Of a DNA stretch of 64,000 nt, positions 23,415 through 39,110 are shown in pieces. How positions within the stretch are numbered: the stretch's first letter is position 1; every line of letters begins with the position of its first letter. Both the position numbers and the translations under genes were made by a program. The notes beneath the pieces are model-generated. The model was not told the origin of the DNA. It did not search any database and worked only from the letters and a program-made list of their open reading frames with translations. Source of the DNA: Lama glama (Eukaryota); contig CM052818.1 in assembly GCA_028534125.1 (NCBI GenBank), positions 45,138,001-45,202,000 on the forward strand, read 5' to 3'.

Positions 23415-26400
23415 TCCAGGAAGGAGGAAGAGGAGAAAGGAAAGGAGGAGGAGAAAGGGAAGAAGAAATCTCTTAGTATAAATTGTCATTCCTTTCAAAG
23501 TAATCTGGGAAAAGTCTGTTGCTTTCAATGTCTTCCTGTCTCTGGTGGCCGGCACAGTCAGTATGACAGGATATGATCTCTCGTTTATTCTTTACAACAA
23601 CCCTATGAGGAAGGCAAGACAATTATTATTCTATCGCTGGAAAGATTCGGAAGCTAAGGCTGAGGGGTCAAGGTTTAAAAGGAAGAGAAAGACTAGAATG
23701 CATTTTCAACCATGAAATGTCCTGCTCTTTATAATAAAGGACCAATCAAGAAGTGGCTAAGTTAGATCTCGATTATTTTGGAACGAGAAGCAGAGAATAC
23801 ATTCTGAAATGATGTCAGAAACATCACTGAGGCAGCCAGGCTGGCCATCAGGGCCCCACATTTGTGGCAGGGGAGTTGAGACACTAGAGAGGCCAGTTCT
23901 CAGCTTCTCAGAGTTGGAAACTCCAGCTGCTTATCTCCCAACTGCTAACACTCAGGATCTTGAGAGGCTGATTGGGATGATAAGAAAGGATTTCCAAGAA
24001 TTAATTTGTAACTCAACTAGAATGACTACAGGGATCAGACAGTCCAGAGCAGTGATTTCCCAAATTCTTTTAATGAGCCATCCAGCAATAAAATATTTAG
24101 CATATGCATCCTCAATAAACATGCATTTAGCTTTTATAAATGTCTAAGTAGCGAATAAGATTAAACTACCACATTATGTACACTCTAACCAGTAAACTGA
24201 AAATAGAATGTTAGAACAGGATGGAAAATAAATATAAATGGAGGTTCCAATATCTGTCTCCACTCCCTAGTGAATCATCCTGTCTCCCAAAGCAGCAACA
24301 ATAAAACGGTAACAGCAGAGTTCCTGCTGAGAACCCTACTGGATACAAATATTTTCTTTACATCTGAGGAGACCAAGGATCAGGAAGGTCACAGTCTTGA
24401 TCGATTTCACACCTGGTGGGTGACACAGCCAGGACCTGAACTTGAGTCAGTCTGGCTTCAAATCCCAAGTGTGATCTTTTCACTCACTGTCTTTTCCCCA
24501 GCATCAGGGGCAAGTCAACTGCAAATGAAGCCTTAGCAGGAGTGGAATCACTAATGTTATTGTCATCAGTAATTATAAGCTGAAACAGCCATGACTGCAA
24601 TACCATATTTAATTTTTGTAAATACATGGTTTTTTTATTGCGTATGAATAAAAATGCCCATTACACTAACCAGATACCTAGAATTAAAAAATAAAAAAAT
24701 TTTAAACCACCAAAACATCTACCCGTATATAATTACTCACTGCCTACAGACTATATTTTTTAAAATAGTCACAAAGAGCAGGAATAATTAAGCTGGCATT
24801 ATTACTCCATTATTCGATCACCATTGTGTTTCAGGCACATGATGAACAAATTTCCCTCCTGATTGAAACTGAAATGCCAATAGGAGGAGTTGGATTTCAG
24901 GGTCAATCATGGGAAAATATGAATTGGAAGTGGGGGTTTTGATTAAACAAGCCCAGAAACTGGCAGTTTACAGCATCAGACAATGGCATGCTGTCCCGAA
25001 CAATCTATGAGGTAACAGCGTGACCTCCCTTGGAGGCAACTGATTTGATGCAGCTGGGAGGAGAGTCAAGTCGAGATTGGAAACACTGCCTGGTGCTTCC
25101 TCCCCTAAAATCAGCCTGGAGAAATTACAGAGCAAGAGAAACACAGATCAGAGGAGCAAACAACAAGAACAATGAGATAGAAAAGATTTAGAAAATTGAA
25201 GGATGGCTGAAGTGATTCTTGGTGTCAGAGCTGGCTCCCAGACGTCACCCACACAGCCTGTCCAGAGGAAGAAGCCAAGTCTTTTGCCCACCTGGGCGAA
25301 GGGGAACATCACTTCCCAAAGGTCTGGCAATTTCTCGGTGGGGAGGAGACATTGTCAAAACCCACTGAGAACTGGAAGCTGATTTAAGGCGGCTCTTTTT
25401 AAAGGAGGAAAGCTCAGTTAGGACCGGGTAAGGGCCGTGACTCAGCAGTCCAGAGTCGGTGCAAACAGCAAGGTGAGGATTCTGAGACAAAGAATTCAGA
25501 GACTCTTAGGGCACAAACTGGCTCCTAATGTTTTCCACTGAAAAGCTGATGAGTCTTTCTGGAAATTGCTGTCAGAACAATCCAGCAATTACCTGGGCTG
25601 GAGACTCTTCAAAAAGGGAAGTTAATGAAGACAGAAAAATAGCACAAGTCAAATTAGTGTAGGCAATAGGTGTGGTCCTGGCCTAGCAGAGGGGTAGACT
25701 TTTCTGTTCCTACTGGTTGGAGTGGGGCTCGTGCTGGGGTGCTGCAGGACCACCAGAGAAGGCAATGGGAGGGTAGGTTAGGGCACTTGTAAGTTCTGCT
25801 TTGGCCGCCATTCTGCCATCCTTGAAACGGTCATTGCTGGACCATCAGGCCAGGCACCTGCTCCTGGTGTCTATGAAATAAGCAAGACATTAACATGATC
25901 TTTGCTGGAATGAAGGCATGAGGCAAACCAGGTGAGGACAGACCCTCACCTGTACATGTAAAAATGGTTATAATGGTAAATTTTATGTTATGTATATTTT
26001 ACTGCGATTTTTTTAAAGCATCCATCCACCTATCCCCATTGAGACAAGACCCTATTCTGCCTGTAATCCGAGGGTCCCTAGGAAGCTACAGTGTCCCTGA
26101 TGGGTCTGCCCCGAGCCCTTGGACCACAGGGGACTATGGGTCAGTTGACCAGGAAGGGGCACAAAGGAACTTTGGGAAGTGATGAAACTGTTAAATGTCT
26201 GATTTTGGTGATGGTTACATGAGTGTCTAAATTCATCAAAAGGTACATACAGGTACATTATTTATATGTCAATTATACCTTACTAAAGCTAATTTTTTTA
26301 AAGGGGATAGAGGAAACAAGACTGGCCAAATGTTGTTAATTGTTGACATTGGTGATGGGTACATAGAAAACCATTCTATTCTATCTACTGTCATCTGTAT

Positions 26401-27793
26401 TTGAAAATTACCCTAATAGAAAGTTTTTAAAATCGAAGGACCCATCATCCAACTTCCCTTACTCCACCACTCACAAAGATACTCCCCAGTGGGACTGAAA
26501 AGTCAGGGTAATAGCTCCTGACATTTACACATTATTTACAAAATATGTTTCACTAACTTTAATTCATTATTCTCATGAGAATCCAGGGCAGCCATAAATT
26601 ATCCTCCCACCACCACGTGGGAGCTCGAAGGGGCCCGTGAGAAGTGACTTTCCCAAGATCACACAGGCTGGGCAGCGGGGCCGGGATCCATGCCCGGGGC
26701 TCCGGACTGGAGCAGGTGTTTTCTCCCACAGCCCCCGCTGCCGGGCCCAGGGCCCCAGGCACAGCCACCACGCAGAGACTTCTGCCTCGCCCAGGCTCTC
26801 CTGAGAAAGTTCCAAAGGAGCTTCCGGCAGGGCAGTTCTCACCCAGATCAGCAAGTGGGGTTGGAGTTAATTGCCTGTGAGTTGCCATGGTTATGTCTTA
26901 GTTCCCCTTGAGCCCCCAAAAGAGGCAAATAACAGTGGGAGGAAAACGTCGCAGCAGGGTCAAAAATGCTCCCTGTTTGCAGAACACGTCAATTGTCTCC
27001 CGCTACTGAGAAAGACTCTACTTGGAAATAGTCATCAATGTGCAAAAGGAACACCATTTCCTGGCGTCCTGAGCCACAAGCCCCGAGTCTGGAGGTGTCG
27101 CTCTGTAAGGAAGAAACCAACAGCACGCTGGCCCTCTCTCCACACCTGTCTCATTGACGGATTTTGAGGATTAAATGGGTAACACCTATAATGCGCTTAA
27201 AATGATAGCTGGCTGACAGTAACCCCCGATATTTTAATTAATATTACGATTTCAAACACACATCTAGGCCTGAAGACCTTCTGGCCCCAGTAGGAAGGGC
27301 TGCCAGGAAGGCCCAGGTGTGGTGGGACGGTCGTCACACAGCCAGAGGCACCTGGCAGGCCACAAGGGCCCCTCCCCTGGGGCTTCACTGGGCCCACTCA
27401 TCGCCTCTCCACTGTTGGTTGATTTCCTGAGATCAGCATCCTGGCTTCCAGAGTCTACCTCCCAGCCCTCTGGCCACCTCCTCTCACCCCAGGCCTCTCT
27501 CGACCTCCTTTACTTCTCTACACCAGCCTAGACCACACCACCCCCCCCCAATGTTGCTTTTTCACAGCGGACCTCAGTGGCCCATTAAGCCCAGAGCAAC
27601 TGAAATATTGGTTCCTCTTTCTTCCAGAACCGGGAGACCTTAATTTCCTGACTATGTTATAAAGCAGGGCATGATGACCTCCCTTCCTTCTATCACAGCA
27701 AAGAAAAGATTTTATTTTTTGGTTTCCTATTAAAACAGGCTGAACATTTGTATTCTGCCATAATTTCAATTCATCACCTTCCCTGCTAATGAG

Positions 27794-27808
27794 AGCGCCC
27801 CCTGGTGA
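27794..27808 (-). promoter_or_regulatory. CTCF motif
   Basis: Reverse strand reads TCACCAGGGGGCGCT, close to the core CCASYAGRKGGCRS. Confidence 0.6.
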
Positions 27809-28625
27809 CTAATGAACAGTTAGGGTGGCAGCAAACAATGCGAAAAGATGTCGCGATAGGTGGCTGGGGACAGGACACCACCGCGTCCTAGGTCAGTCAT
27901 TTGAGAACCAGGATTTGGGCTGAGCAGAGATGGGACTGGAGAAATAATGGAGTCTTGTAAGAGCAGTCTGGCAGGAGAGAGGACATTGGGGTGGTCCGGA
28001 ACCATCTGGTGCTTCAGGGCCACTGCCCGGGAGCCATGTGGCTGGCTGAGGGGGCTGGCAAGGAGGAGTTGGAAAGAAGCAGGGACCAAAGGGCTATGGC
28101 TGTCCCTGGGAGAAGAATTTCGGTCAACTAAGGGAGTCAGCCAGTGCTCCCTGGAACCTTCGAGTTCTAGCAATGATACCCAAAGTGGGGCCAGACCCAG
28201 GCACCCTCCTGGCCAGCAGCAAGCTGCCACCTGGGTCCTGCTGACAGTGTCAGTGGAGGCTGGGATTCAGGGCCCAGAGCAGCTGAGGGTGGATGGATGA
28301 ACACCCTTGTCTACAGTGGGCAGCTCAGAGCATCCTTTCTCTGTATCCTCAGGGCACAGGCAGACACCCTCTGGGAGTCTGCTGTTTGGATCCAGTTTCT
28401 GGCATCAGTCTTTGAGGCATGCTCACCTCATAATGAGACCCTGCCTTCTCTTTCAGTTCCCGTCTCTCAGAGGTCTGGCCTGAGCCCCCACCTGCCAGGC
28501 CTGGATAGAAGCTAGGTGTTTTTGTGCTTGCTTGTGTTTCTTCCTTGCCTCATTCCATAAAAGGATCTGAGATAACTTTCCACAATATGAACGAGATGAA
28601 AAGTGGATACATTTAAAAATCAGGG

Positions 28626-29345
28626 CGTTGGATAACAGTTTGGCAGTTTCTTACAAACTAAATATATTTCTATCATGTAATCCAGCAATCACGATCCTTG
28701 GTATTTACCCAAATGAGCTGGAAATATGTCCACACAAAAACCTGCACATGGATGTTTATAGCAGCTTTCTTCATAATTGCCAAAAGTTGAAAGCAACCAA
28801 TATCCTTCAGTAGGTGGAGTACATCCAGGCAGTGGAATATTATTCAGCACTAAAAAGAAATAAGCTATCAAGCCATGAATGGACATGGCAGAAACTTAAA
28901 TGCATATTACTAAGTGAAAGAAGCCAATCTGAAAAGGCTGCATGGTGTATGATTCCAACTACATATATAACATCCTGGAAAAAGCAAAACTATGGAGACA
29001 TTAAGTGGGTGTCAGGGGTTAGGGAGGAGGGGGGTCAACGGGAGGAACACAGAAGGATTTTAGGATAGTGAAGGCTAAGCTGTCTGATGCTCTAATGTTA
29101 AACATGTGTCATCATACGTTTGTTAAAATGCACAGAATCCACAACAGCAAGAGTAAACTGTGGATTCTGGGTGATAATGTGTGTGGATGGACGTCCATCA
29201 TTCGTAACACATGAACCCTCTGCTGTGGGCTGTGGATAACGGGGGAGGCAGTGCATGTGAGGGGGCACGGGGTTTATGGGAAACCTCTGTACCTTCCTCT
29301 CAATTTTGCTTTGAATCTAAAATTGCTCTGAAAACAATCTATTTT
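28626..29345 (+). mobile_element. Old L1 (L1MC-like) 3' end
   Basis: agtttggcagtttcttacaaactaaa, atgtccacacaaaaacctgcacatggatgtttatagcagc, ttaaatgcatattactaagtgaaagaagccaatctgaaaaggct; same family as 5010-6000. Confidence 0.85.
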
Positions 29346-29657
29346 TTTTAAGTCAAGACAATGAAAAATACAAGTAAAATAGGAAGATAATGCCTGAGGG
29401 AAAGTTAACAGGTGCATATTCAGTTACAAGATCAGGGCAATGATTCCTAAGAGCAGAAATAGAGAAACTCGATCAGTTAACATGTTTACTGTCCCAGCTA
29501 AAATAAACCAGCTCGTCCTACCGGCATATCTGCATTTACAGATCTCAAAAATACAGAAGGCTGAGCGGAAAAGCAAGTTCGAAACATCGTCAGTGATACC
29601 ACAGGTAACATTTCTACACACCTTCTGTGATACTGTGTGTTGCGTAGGGAAGCACGC

Positions 29658-30157
29658 NNNNNNNNNNNNNNNNNNNNNNNNNNNNNNNNNNNNNNNNNNN
29701 NNNNNNNNNNNNNNNNNNNNNNNNNNNNNNNNNNNNNNNNNNNNNNNNNNNNNNNNNNNNNNNNNNNNNNNNNNNNNNNNNNNNNNNNNNNNNNNNNNNN
29801 NNNNNNNNNNNNNNNNNNNNNNNNNNNNNNNNNNNNNNNNNNNNNNNNNNNNNNNNNNNNNNNNNNNNNNNNNNNNNNNNNNNNNNNNNNNNNNNNNNNN
29901 NNNNNNNNNNNNNNNNNNNNNNNNNNNNNNNNNNNNNNNNNNNNNNNNNNNNNNNNNNNNNNNNNNNNNNNNNNNNNNNNNNNNNNNNNNNNNNNNNNNN
30001 NNNNNNNNNNNNNNNNNNNNNNNNNNNNNNNNNNNNNNNNNNNNNNNNNNNNNNNNNNNNNNNNNNNNNNNNNNNNNNNNNNNNNNNNNNNNNNNNNNNN
30101 NNNNNNNNNNNNNNNNNNNNNNNNNNNNNNNNNNNNNNNNNNNNNNNNNNNNNNNNN
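29658..30157. other. Assembly gap of 500 N
   Basis: Exactly 500 N; flanks 29459-29657 and 30158-30356 read identical. Confidence 0.99.
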
Positions 30158-32221
30158 ATAGAGAAACTCGATCAGTTAACATGTTTACTGTCCCAGCTAA
30201 AATAAACCAGCTCGTCCTACCGGCATATCTGCATTTACAGATCTCAAAAATACAGAAGGCTGAGCGGAAAAGCAAGTTCGAAACATCGTCAGTGATACCA
30301 CAGGTAACATTTCTACACACCTTCTGTGATACTGTGTGTTGCGTAGGGAAGCACGCGGTATAAATTATGAAGCCACGGCAGGGAGGCGTCCCAGTACATG
30401 ACAGTCGTCGCCTCTCAGGAGAGATGAAGGGACAGGGCTGGGAAGGAAAACCGAAGGGATTTCAAATTTTCCCTGGAGTTGTTTTATCTCAATAAAGCAA
30501 GCAAACGACAAGGTCTGAAGAAATATGAAACGTTAGTATCTGTTCCTTTGGAACGTGAGAGTTATTATCCTTTGCACTTTCCTGCATTTACAAGAGTTCA
30601 AAATAATGATTTATTTCCAACTTCACAATAAAAAAAAAAATGACCATGTGCAGAATGGTAAAACCGAGCCAGCACGTCAGCAGGTGGCTTCTCCTGGGGA
30701 AGATGTCTCACACACAGGGCTCCTGGGATGCAGTCAGCAAGGGTCCCGATGACCAGGTGCCTGCGGTCAGCACAAGAGCCAGTCCCTTCCACATCTCTCG
30801 GGACCAACCGAAAGCAAAGCAATAAAAGCAAATGAACTAGAGAGAAAAGACCTGAGCTTGACCCCACGCAAGGCCATTTTATATTATTTCATATAATACC
30901 CAAGAGAACCAGCAGGCGGCCTGTCACGGCCCCTCCATCTGCGAGGATCTGCAGGAACAGCAGCTACACCTTCGTAAAGTTCTCCCAGCCCGCAGGGCAG
31001 AGCTGCCTCCCCCTCCTTCAAAGCTCTCATCCCACGCCCCTGTCAGAGGCGGCCTTCTGTAATCACAAGGGACAAGGGGATGGCCAGCGACAGGATGACG
31101 ACATTGCAAATTCACCCTGATTTGCCCAGGAAATGCCCCCTCCCTCTTGCCTATACAAAGACCTTGTCCCTGTCATGTTGTTCTTCATTCCATAGCCATA
31201 GTTAGGTCCCCCCTGTGCCAGGCCTAATGCCAGGGACACTACCTTCCTAGACTTGGAGTCCCGGCTTTGCCAAAATACTGTCCTTGTAGGACCTGTGACC
31301 CGCCACACCAGCCCACACCTGCGTGCTTTGCTGAGGCTGCCTCAATGGTCGGGAACATCTCTCCCCAACTTCCACTGGGTTGACTCCTCCTCGGGCTGCA
31401 TGACTCAGCTCAGGCATCACCTCCTCCAGGAAGTCTCTGGAGATTGCTCAGCTCTGGGTTTGGTTCCCCTTATCCTAGCTTCTTCCCTCTAGTTTGTTGC
31501 ATTTCCTCCAAGGAATCTGTTTACTGGGTTATCTCCTCCACTCAGCTCTGCGACCTCAAAGGAAGAGAGCAGATCCTGGCATCTCCTGAGCCTGGCATAC
31601 AGCAGCCCCTCAGAACCCACCTAGGGATGGGAACTCCTCGAACAGGTGCCTGAGGCCAGCCCTGCCTCGGAGACCAGCTCGCTGTCCATCTATTGCGAGA
31701 TGGTGTTAATGGAACAAATACATGTGGGGTGGGCTAAGTGCTCTCCTTGAGGCAATGCGCAGTGCCAGGAGGCAGCACCCACAAGGGGACGGAAGTGTTA
31801 GGGGTCTAGTACCCCTCCCCTACTTTCTGTGCATCATTGAGAATGAGCTTTGGGTCAAATCAGCCAACTGATGTGGGAGGATCTGCAGGGGGAGGGAGAG
31901 GAAGGCACTTCCGGTGTTGTCTCAGGAGAGCATCTAATCCCACAGCGAATTCTTAAGAACACTCGGCGATGTTTGATTTCCAAGGTGGCGAAGTGCAACT
32001 CACAGCTCATTTCCCTGCTGGGACCCTGCTCTCGTCCTGTCCCCCTTCAGGTCACCTTTGAATTCATGGAGGTCACCCTGGCAAAGCACTTAAGTTCTAT
32101 TAGTGTAATAAACGCCTGTCATCCCCTACCTGGAAATTTAGAGGAAAGGTAGGGTAATTTTTACCAATCTCCTGAGTACCTCTAAGGAGGAAATTGGCTG
32201 ACAAACCCATGCAGACATTCT

Positions 32222-32317
32222 AGAACACCGTGTTCTTGTGTAATTTGGTCTCACTTTCTAGAACACTTATCCCTGTTGAGAACACGCTGTTGCTAGGTTA
32301 CGACCAATGAGTAAACA
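32222..32317. promoter_or_regulatory. Steroid hormone response element cluster (GRE/ARE/PRE) with forkhead motif
   Basis: Perfect AGAACAccgTGTTCT at 32222-32236, AGAACA half site at 32260, AGAACAcgcTGTTGC at 32279-32293, GTAAACA at 32311-32317. Confidence 0.55.
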
Positions 32318-33861
32318 CCCTGACTTTCTATTATTGTTTCATAGAATCCCAGCCTCTGTCATTTTATTAAAATGGCTCTGCTAAGGACACCCGTGACCTC
32401 CTAATCGTTGTCTCTAAAGGACACTTTCTAGTCTCTTCTCTGCCAGATCTGTCACCCACAGATTTGGGCGTTTATCTCTGTGACCTCTAGAACATTTCTG
32501 TGCCCCTCCCCACAGTCTGCCCCTTAAATACTGCTGACCCCCGGGCTCCTCCAGCGGGGCCGGGATGGAACGAGGCGAGGAGACCCAGGCAGCAACACTG
32601 AAGGAAGCCCTACTCTCCAGACGAGTGAGTGGGGGCTGTGCATCTCAGGCCTCTGGCTGGCCTCTCCCCTCTGATCAGGCACGCTGGTCCAGGCTGCCCC
32701 ATCAGCACACAGGACTCACCCCCTGCACGTCCTGCTCCTACTTCCCAGCCTCAGGCCCACGTGTCCACCTGCCTTCCGATGTCTCCACCTGGATGCTCTC
32801 AGCTCCTCCAAAGCAATCTCCCTCCCCTTCCCAGGAGACCGCATCTCCCATCTCAGTTAATAAGGCCACTTTTCTCCCTCAGTTACCCAAGGGAGAGAAG
32901 CAGACGCCATCTCCCCACGCACACGTCTACCACCTGGGAGGGTTGACTGTATGCACTTCTCCAAACCATCGCTTCCCCATCACCCACACTGTGACCGTCT
33001 TACATCAGACCCTCACATCTCCCTCCTGGACTATTGCAATAATGGCCTGTTCACTTTCCTTGCCTCCAACCGGAGAACCCACCTCGCCCAGTCATCCAAG
33101 GCTCAATGCATTCCTGCTGTAAATGATATCCTTGTGCGTGGGAATTGGTGCGTAGAATGACGTCCCCTCCAACGGAGGACAACTGGGCGATACTGATCAG
33201 CAATCCCACGTCAGGGACCTCATTCTCCACACACACTCCTACGTGTGGGGATGTTAACTGCAGCACTGTTTTAACAGTAAGACAAGGGGAACAACCTCGA
33301 TGTCCATTCACAGGGAGAACGTTGAATACAACACGCTGGGCCCATGGAACAGTTTACAGCCGGAAAGCCCAGGGCTGCTCTCCCCGTACTAACGCAGGAT
33401 GACTCACAAGGCCGAGACATACAAAGCAAAGAACAGAACGGAGTTGTACCAGGTGCCGCCGCCGTGCTGAAAGGGGGGATGTATTCATCTATGCTCTCAT
33501 GTTCAGATTCTGTCCAGAATAAAACACAAATACTGGGGAGAGCGATGGATTTTAAGACAGGGACTCAGAGATAAAGGCCAGGGGGGACGTGTCACTGTAT
33601 ACTTTATGCATTGTCTAAATTGTGTATGTTGACCACATTTTCCCTTTGCAAATAAAAACATGTTCAACCTGTCTTGCCCCCTGCAGCCAGCAACCTTTGC
33701 AAAGTGCAGATCTGATCACGTCATGCCCCCATCTCAAACTCTTCAGGGGTTCTCCATGATGGGGTGTCTGGGACGGTCACAGTTTATACCCCACGGTGGG
33801 CGAGCTCATCTCCACTCCTGCCAGACCCTTCCCTCGTCTGCCATCAAGAAGCCAGAGGAGG

Positions 33862-35500
<1,639 letters not shown>

Positions 35501-36699
35501 AAGCAGCCAGAGGAGGAGGTCTTCTGCAGGAAGAGGTGATCACGGATGGCAGAAGTTTCCTCTTCAAAGGAGAAAGCCTGCCATTTTCAGAAGGCAGGAA
35601 GATCTTTAAGTGGTAAATTGAGAGAGCCGGCTGAAAGCCGGATTGAACCCTTGTAGAGATGAGATCTGCTCTGGGGCGGCCTGTGTGCACAGGGTCACGG
35701 GCTTTCCCGGAGCTGATAAAGGCCGGGTTCTAGTCCCGGACCTGGGAGAAGTGTTTGAGGTCAGTGCCTCCCGGGCCTGGCGGCACAGAACACAGTGTAC
35801 CCATGACCAGGACCACGAGGTCAGCAGAGGGCTAAGTGGTCAAAGGAGAACAAAGTAGTGGCCAGCAGGGGTTCCGGACCTCCATGCGGGAGACGTCAGG
35901 ATGGAGCAGAAGGAACGCAGGAGGCAAGTGAATACCTCCTCTTAGCAGCGTGACTTCAAGCATCTTATTTAACGTCTCTGAGCCTCTATTTACCTACCTG
36001 TGCAGCAGGGGTGGTAATAACTTCGTGGATTAAGAAGACAGATGACAATAGGGGGGACACAGATCACATGGTTAAGTACTGTTTGGCTTCATCTCTATCA
36101 CAGTGCTTTTTAAATGCAGTCTTGCAACATCACAGAACTTTGAAAAACTGTATGGGAGGCACACTCTTACCCTTCATGCAATTCCCCATATTTCTCACTC
36201 CTAACTGTACCAGTTGTCGCTTTATTATGTCTCAGTTCCAAATTCACCCTGTTTGTCTGCCTTGGGGACATTGGAGCCGGACCCTGGAAACATGTCCCTT
36301 TGCCAGCTGGTGCAATGTTAAGCTCTGCCCATAGAGGGCGCTGGAGGAACACTGCACAGCTTCTCTTCCTGCTCCCAGGGCAAGGTTGGTTTTTCCACCA
36401 GCAGAACCGTGTGCAGGAGCTGAGGAGCCGTGATGGTCCTCCTCCTCCTCCAGCCAACCTCACAACAACCCAGCAAGCTGCTTTCACTCCTATGGACTAG
36501 CTCCAGCCTGCTCCCCCAGCCCAACAGGCTAGCCCCGGAGACCACTCTGACCCCCATTCTGGCAAGGTTTCTCACCACTGTTATCCCTTCCTCATTTCCC
36601 CGCCCCCAACCCCAGAGGGGGCACCTGCTCCCCACACCTGGTATTCCTGTGGTGCGTGCCTTCCAAGCTGCTTTTGCCCTTTCAGCAGCTAACCACCTG

Positions 36700-37148
36700 T
36701 TTTAGTGTCCTCAGGCTGCCATAACCAACTGGCAGCTTAAAGCAACGGAAATTTATTCTCTCACAGTTCTGGAGACTGAAAGTCCAAAAATCAAGGTGTC
36801 CACAGGGTTCATCCTTGTGGAGGCTCTGAGGGAACAGCCACCCCATGCCCGTCTCGGCTTCTGGTTTTGTCAGCTGGAATCCTCAGCTTCCCTTGGTTTG
36901 TGGCTGCATTCCTCCCCCTCTGCCTCTGTCATCACGTGGTGTTCTCCTGTGTATCTGGGTCCAAATTTCTCTCTTCCTATAAGAACACGAGTCCTATTGG
37001 ATTAGGGCCCATCCTAGTGACCTCATCTTAACTTGATTACATCTGCAAAGACCTTATTTCCAAATAAGATCACGTTCACAAGTGCTGTGGGTTATCAGGG
37101 CTTCAACCTAGGTTTTGGAGGTGGGGAGACACATTTCAACCTATCACA
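36700..37148 (-). mobile_element. MaLR MLT1C-like LTR
   Basis: ggctgccataac...aaatttattctctcacagttctggag...gattacatctgcaaagaccttatttccaaataag. Confidence 0.85.
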
Positions 37149-37439
37149 TCACCTTTACTAGTTGATCATTCTTTTTACTACATTTCTGCCGTGCAAATTA
37201 CAAATGCGGTTTCTGTCTCCTGACTCACACAAGTGACCGTAGCTCCAACCCACTCATTGCCTCCCTGCTCACCCATCTGCAGCCCCATCCACAGCCCATT
37301 CTGCTGCTTAAAACCTTCCAGAGACTACCCCTCTGGGATAAAATCCATGCTCTGCCCCATGGTCTCCTGCTCTCACTCACCAGGCTCCAAGCCCCCTGGC
37401 CTGGTTTTATACCTTGAATCAGCCAACACCATCCCCATC

Positions 37440-37765
37440 CCAGGATCTCAGCTGGTGCTGCTCCTTCAGCTGGGCTGCTGCAATCCACCAAGACATTTGC
37501 CTGCCACCCCCTGGTTCAGGCCTCTGCTCAGCACCTGCTCCTAGGAGAGGCCCTTTCTGAGCAGCTAGATGGTCCTCCTGGTTACCTTCTGCCACGCGGC
37601 CTCATTTGATAATCTCCCCCCATGTATCTGTACCTAAGATCCTGTGTCTGTAAAATGTAAACCAACCCCTGGGACAAGGACTCTGGCTTTGTCCTTGCCC
37701 ACTGTCTCCAGCACCGAGAACAGTGCCTGGCACATAGCAGGTACTCAATAAATTTTTGAGGACTG
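37440..37765 (+). mobile_element. L2 3' end
   Basis: tctccagcaccgagaacagtgcctggcacatagcaggtactcaataaattttt, the L2 terminal signature. Confidence 0.7.
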
Positions 37766-39009
37766 ACTATTGACATTTTAGAGTTTATTAGAATTGGAGT
37801 CTGAAGAACACTGTTAGTCCTCACCCAACGTTTTAAAAAATCAGATTTTTAAAAAATTACAACAACCTGAAAGGAACTGTGCATTTTGTGAGTTTTCTTT
37901 TTAAAATTCAGCATCTTTGTTCTCTCTCTCTCCTCTATGTTCTGGAAAATGCCGAATAGTCAGACCTGCAGCTGACTGACTTTACATTCTACTTCAGACA
38001 CCTTCTGTGACCCTGTGTGACTTCCAGACAAGGCCAGTCCTGCCGAGCTGAACGTTCACACAGGCCTCTCCAGGAGCAGAGCCAGAAACCAGAAGGTTTT
38101 CCCACTATCGGTGCTGGCTTCTGAGGAGCAGCCCTTCAAAGTGTAGGGAAGATGGACCCAGGGGTTGTGAATCTGGCTTCGTTTGCCAATTTGTTGCCTC
38201 CTGTGCCCTTGGGCCACACCCTTCTCCTTCTGGAAATGAGTCCATGTTCCCTACCTGGGTCAGGTCCAGAGACCCCCGCTCTGAGGGAAACGTACACTGC
38301 AGAGAAGTCACCTATGATCTTGTAGTGTTCCAGCTGGGATAAGTTTACTGCCAATTAAGCTGTTTCCTAACACAAACGAATATAATCATTAAGAGAACAA
38401 TTCTGATGGGCTAGCATTTGCTTAAACTCCTGGGAACTGTTCACAAGATACAAACATATAAATGAAGAAAGCAGGTTGTTTGGAGCCTGTTTCCTCGGGG
38501 GGGGGGGGCACCCAGATAGGACTTTCCTTTCCAAAAGGAGCTTCCTTGCCTGGAGCCCCTGAGAGAATCCACAAAACTCCGCATGGGTGTTGGACCCCAG
38601 CAAGGATGGGTCTCGAAGAGATTCCATTCCTGCTGTCATCTCTTTTGGAAATTCAGGGAAGCACATCCGAGTGGTGGGAGGGCGGCCAGCTGGACCAGAG
38701 GGCCTCCCTGTGGACCTCGGCGCGCACCCGCACGTGAACTTTCTGAGCCTCCGTTTTCCCTCTGTGACATCGGGGTTACAATCCCCACCTTCCAGAAGCA
38801 CAAAGATTAGCGATACTGTATGCAGAGTCCCCGGCACAGAGCGGGCTACCAAAAACGGTGGCCCCAGTTGAAACTCAGAAAAAAAAAAAAAGTCTAATTT
38901 TAAATATCCCGGTACACAGATAGAGAAATATTATGAAATAACATGCAAAAGGATATGATTTCTGAGACAAAATCCAAGACTTGAAAGATATTTCCTATAG
39001 GTCCTGCTC

Positions 39010-39110
39010 CCGCTCCGGTGGCCCCGCCCACGCCGTGCGTGCCTGTGACGTCAGGAAGCAGCTGCAGCAGCAGGGGCTGCACGCGCTTCGCACCAAGGCC
39101 GCCGGTTCAA
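39010..39110. promoter_or_regulatory. CpG-rich enhancer/promoter-like module (GC box/EGR, CRE, ETS)
   Basis: GCCCCGCCCACGCC at 39021-39034; palindromic TGACGTCA at 39046-39053 directly followed by GGAAG; CpGs retained. Confidence 0.45.

Noticed and set aside
29424..30363. Long ORFs with a repeated peptide
   Set aside because: Artefact of translating through the N gap and its duplicated flanks.
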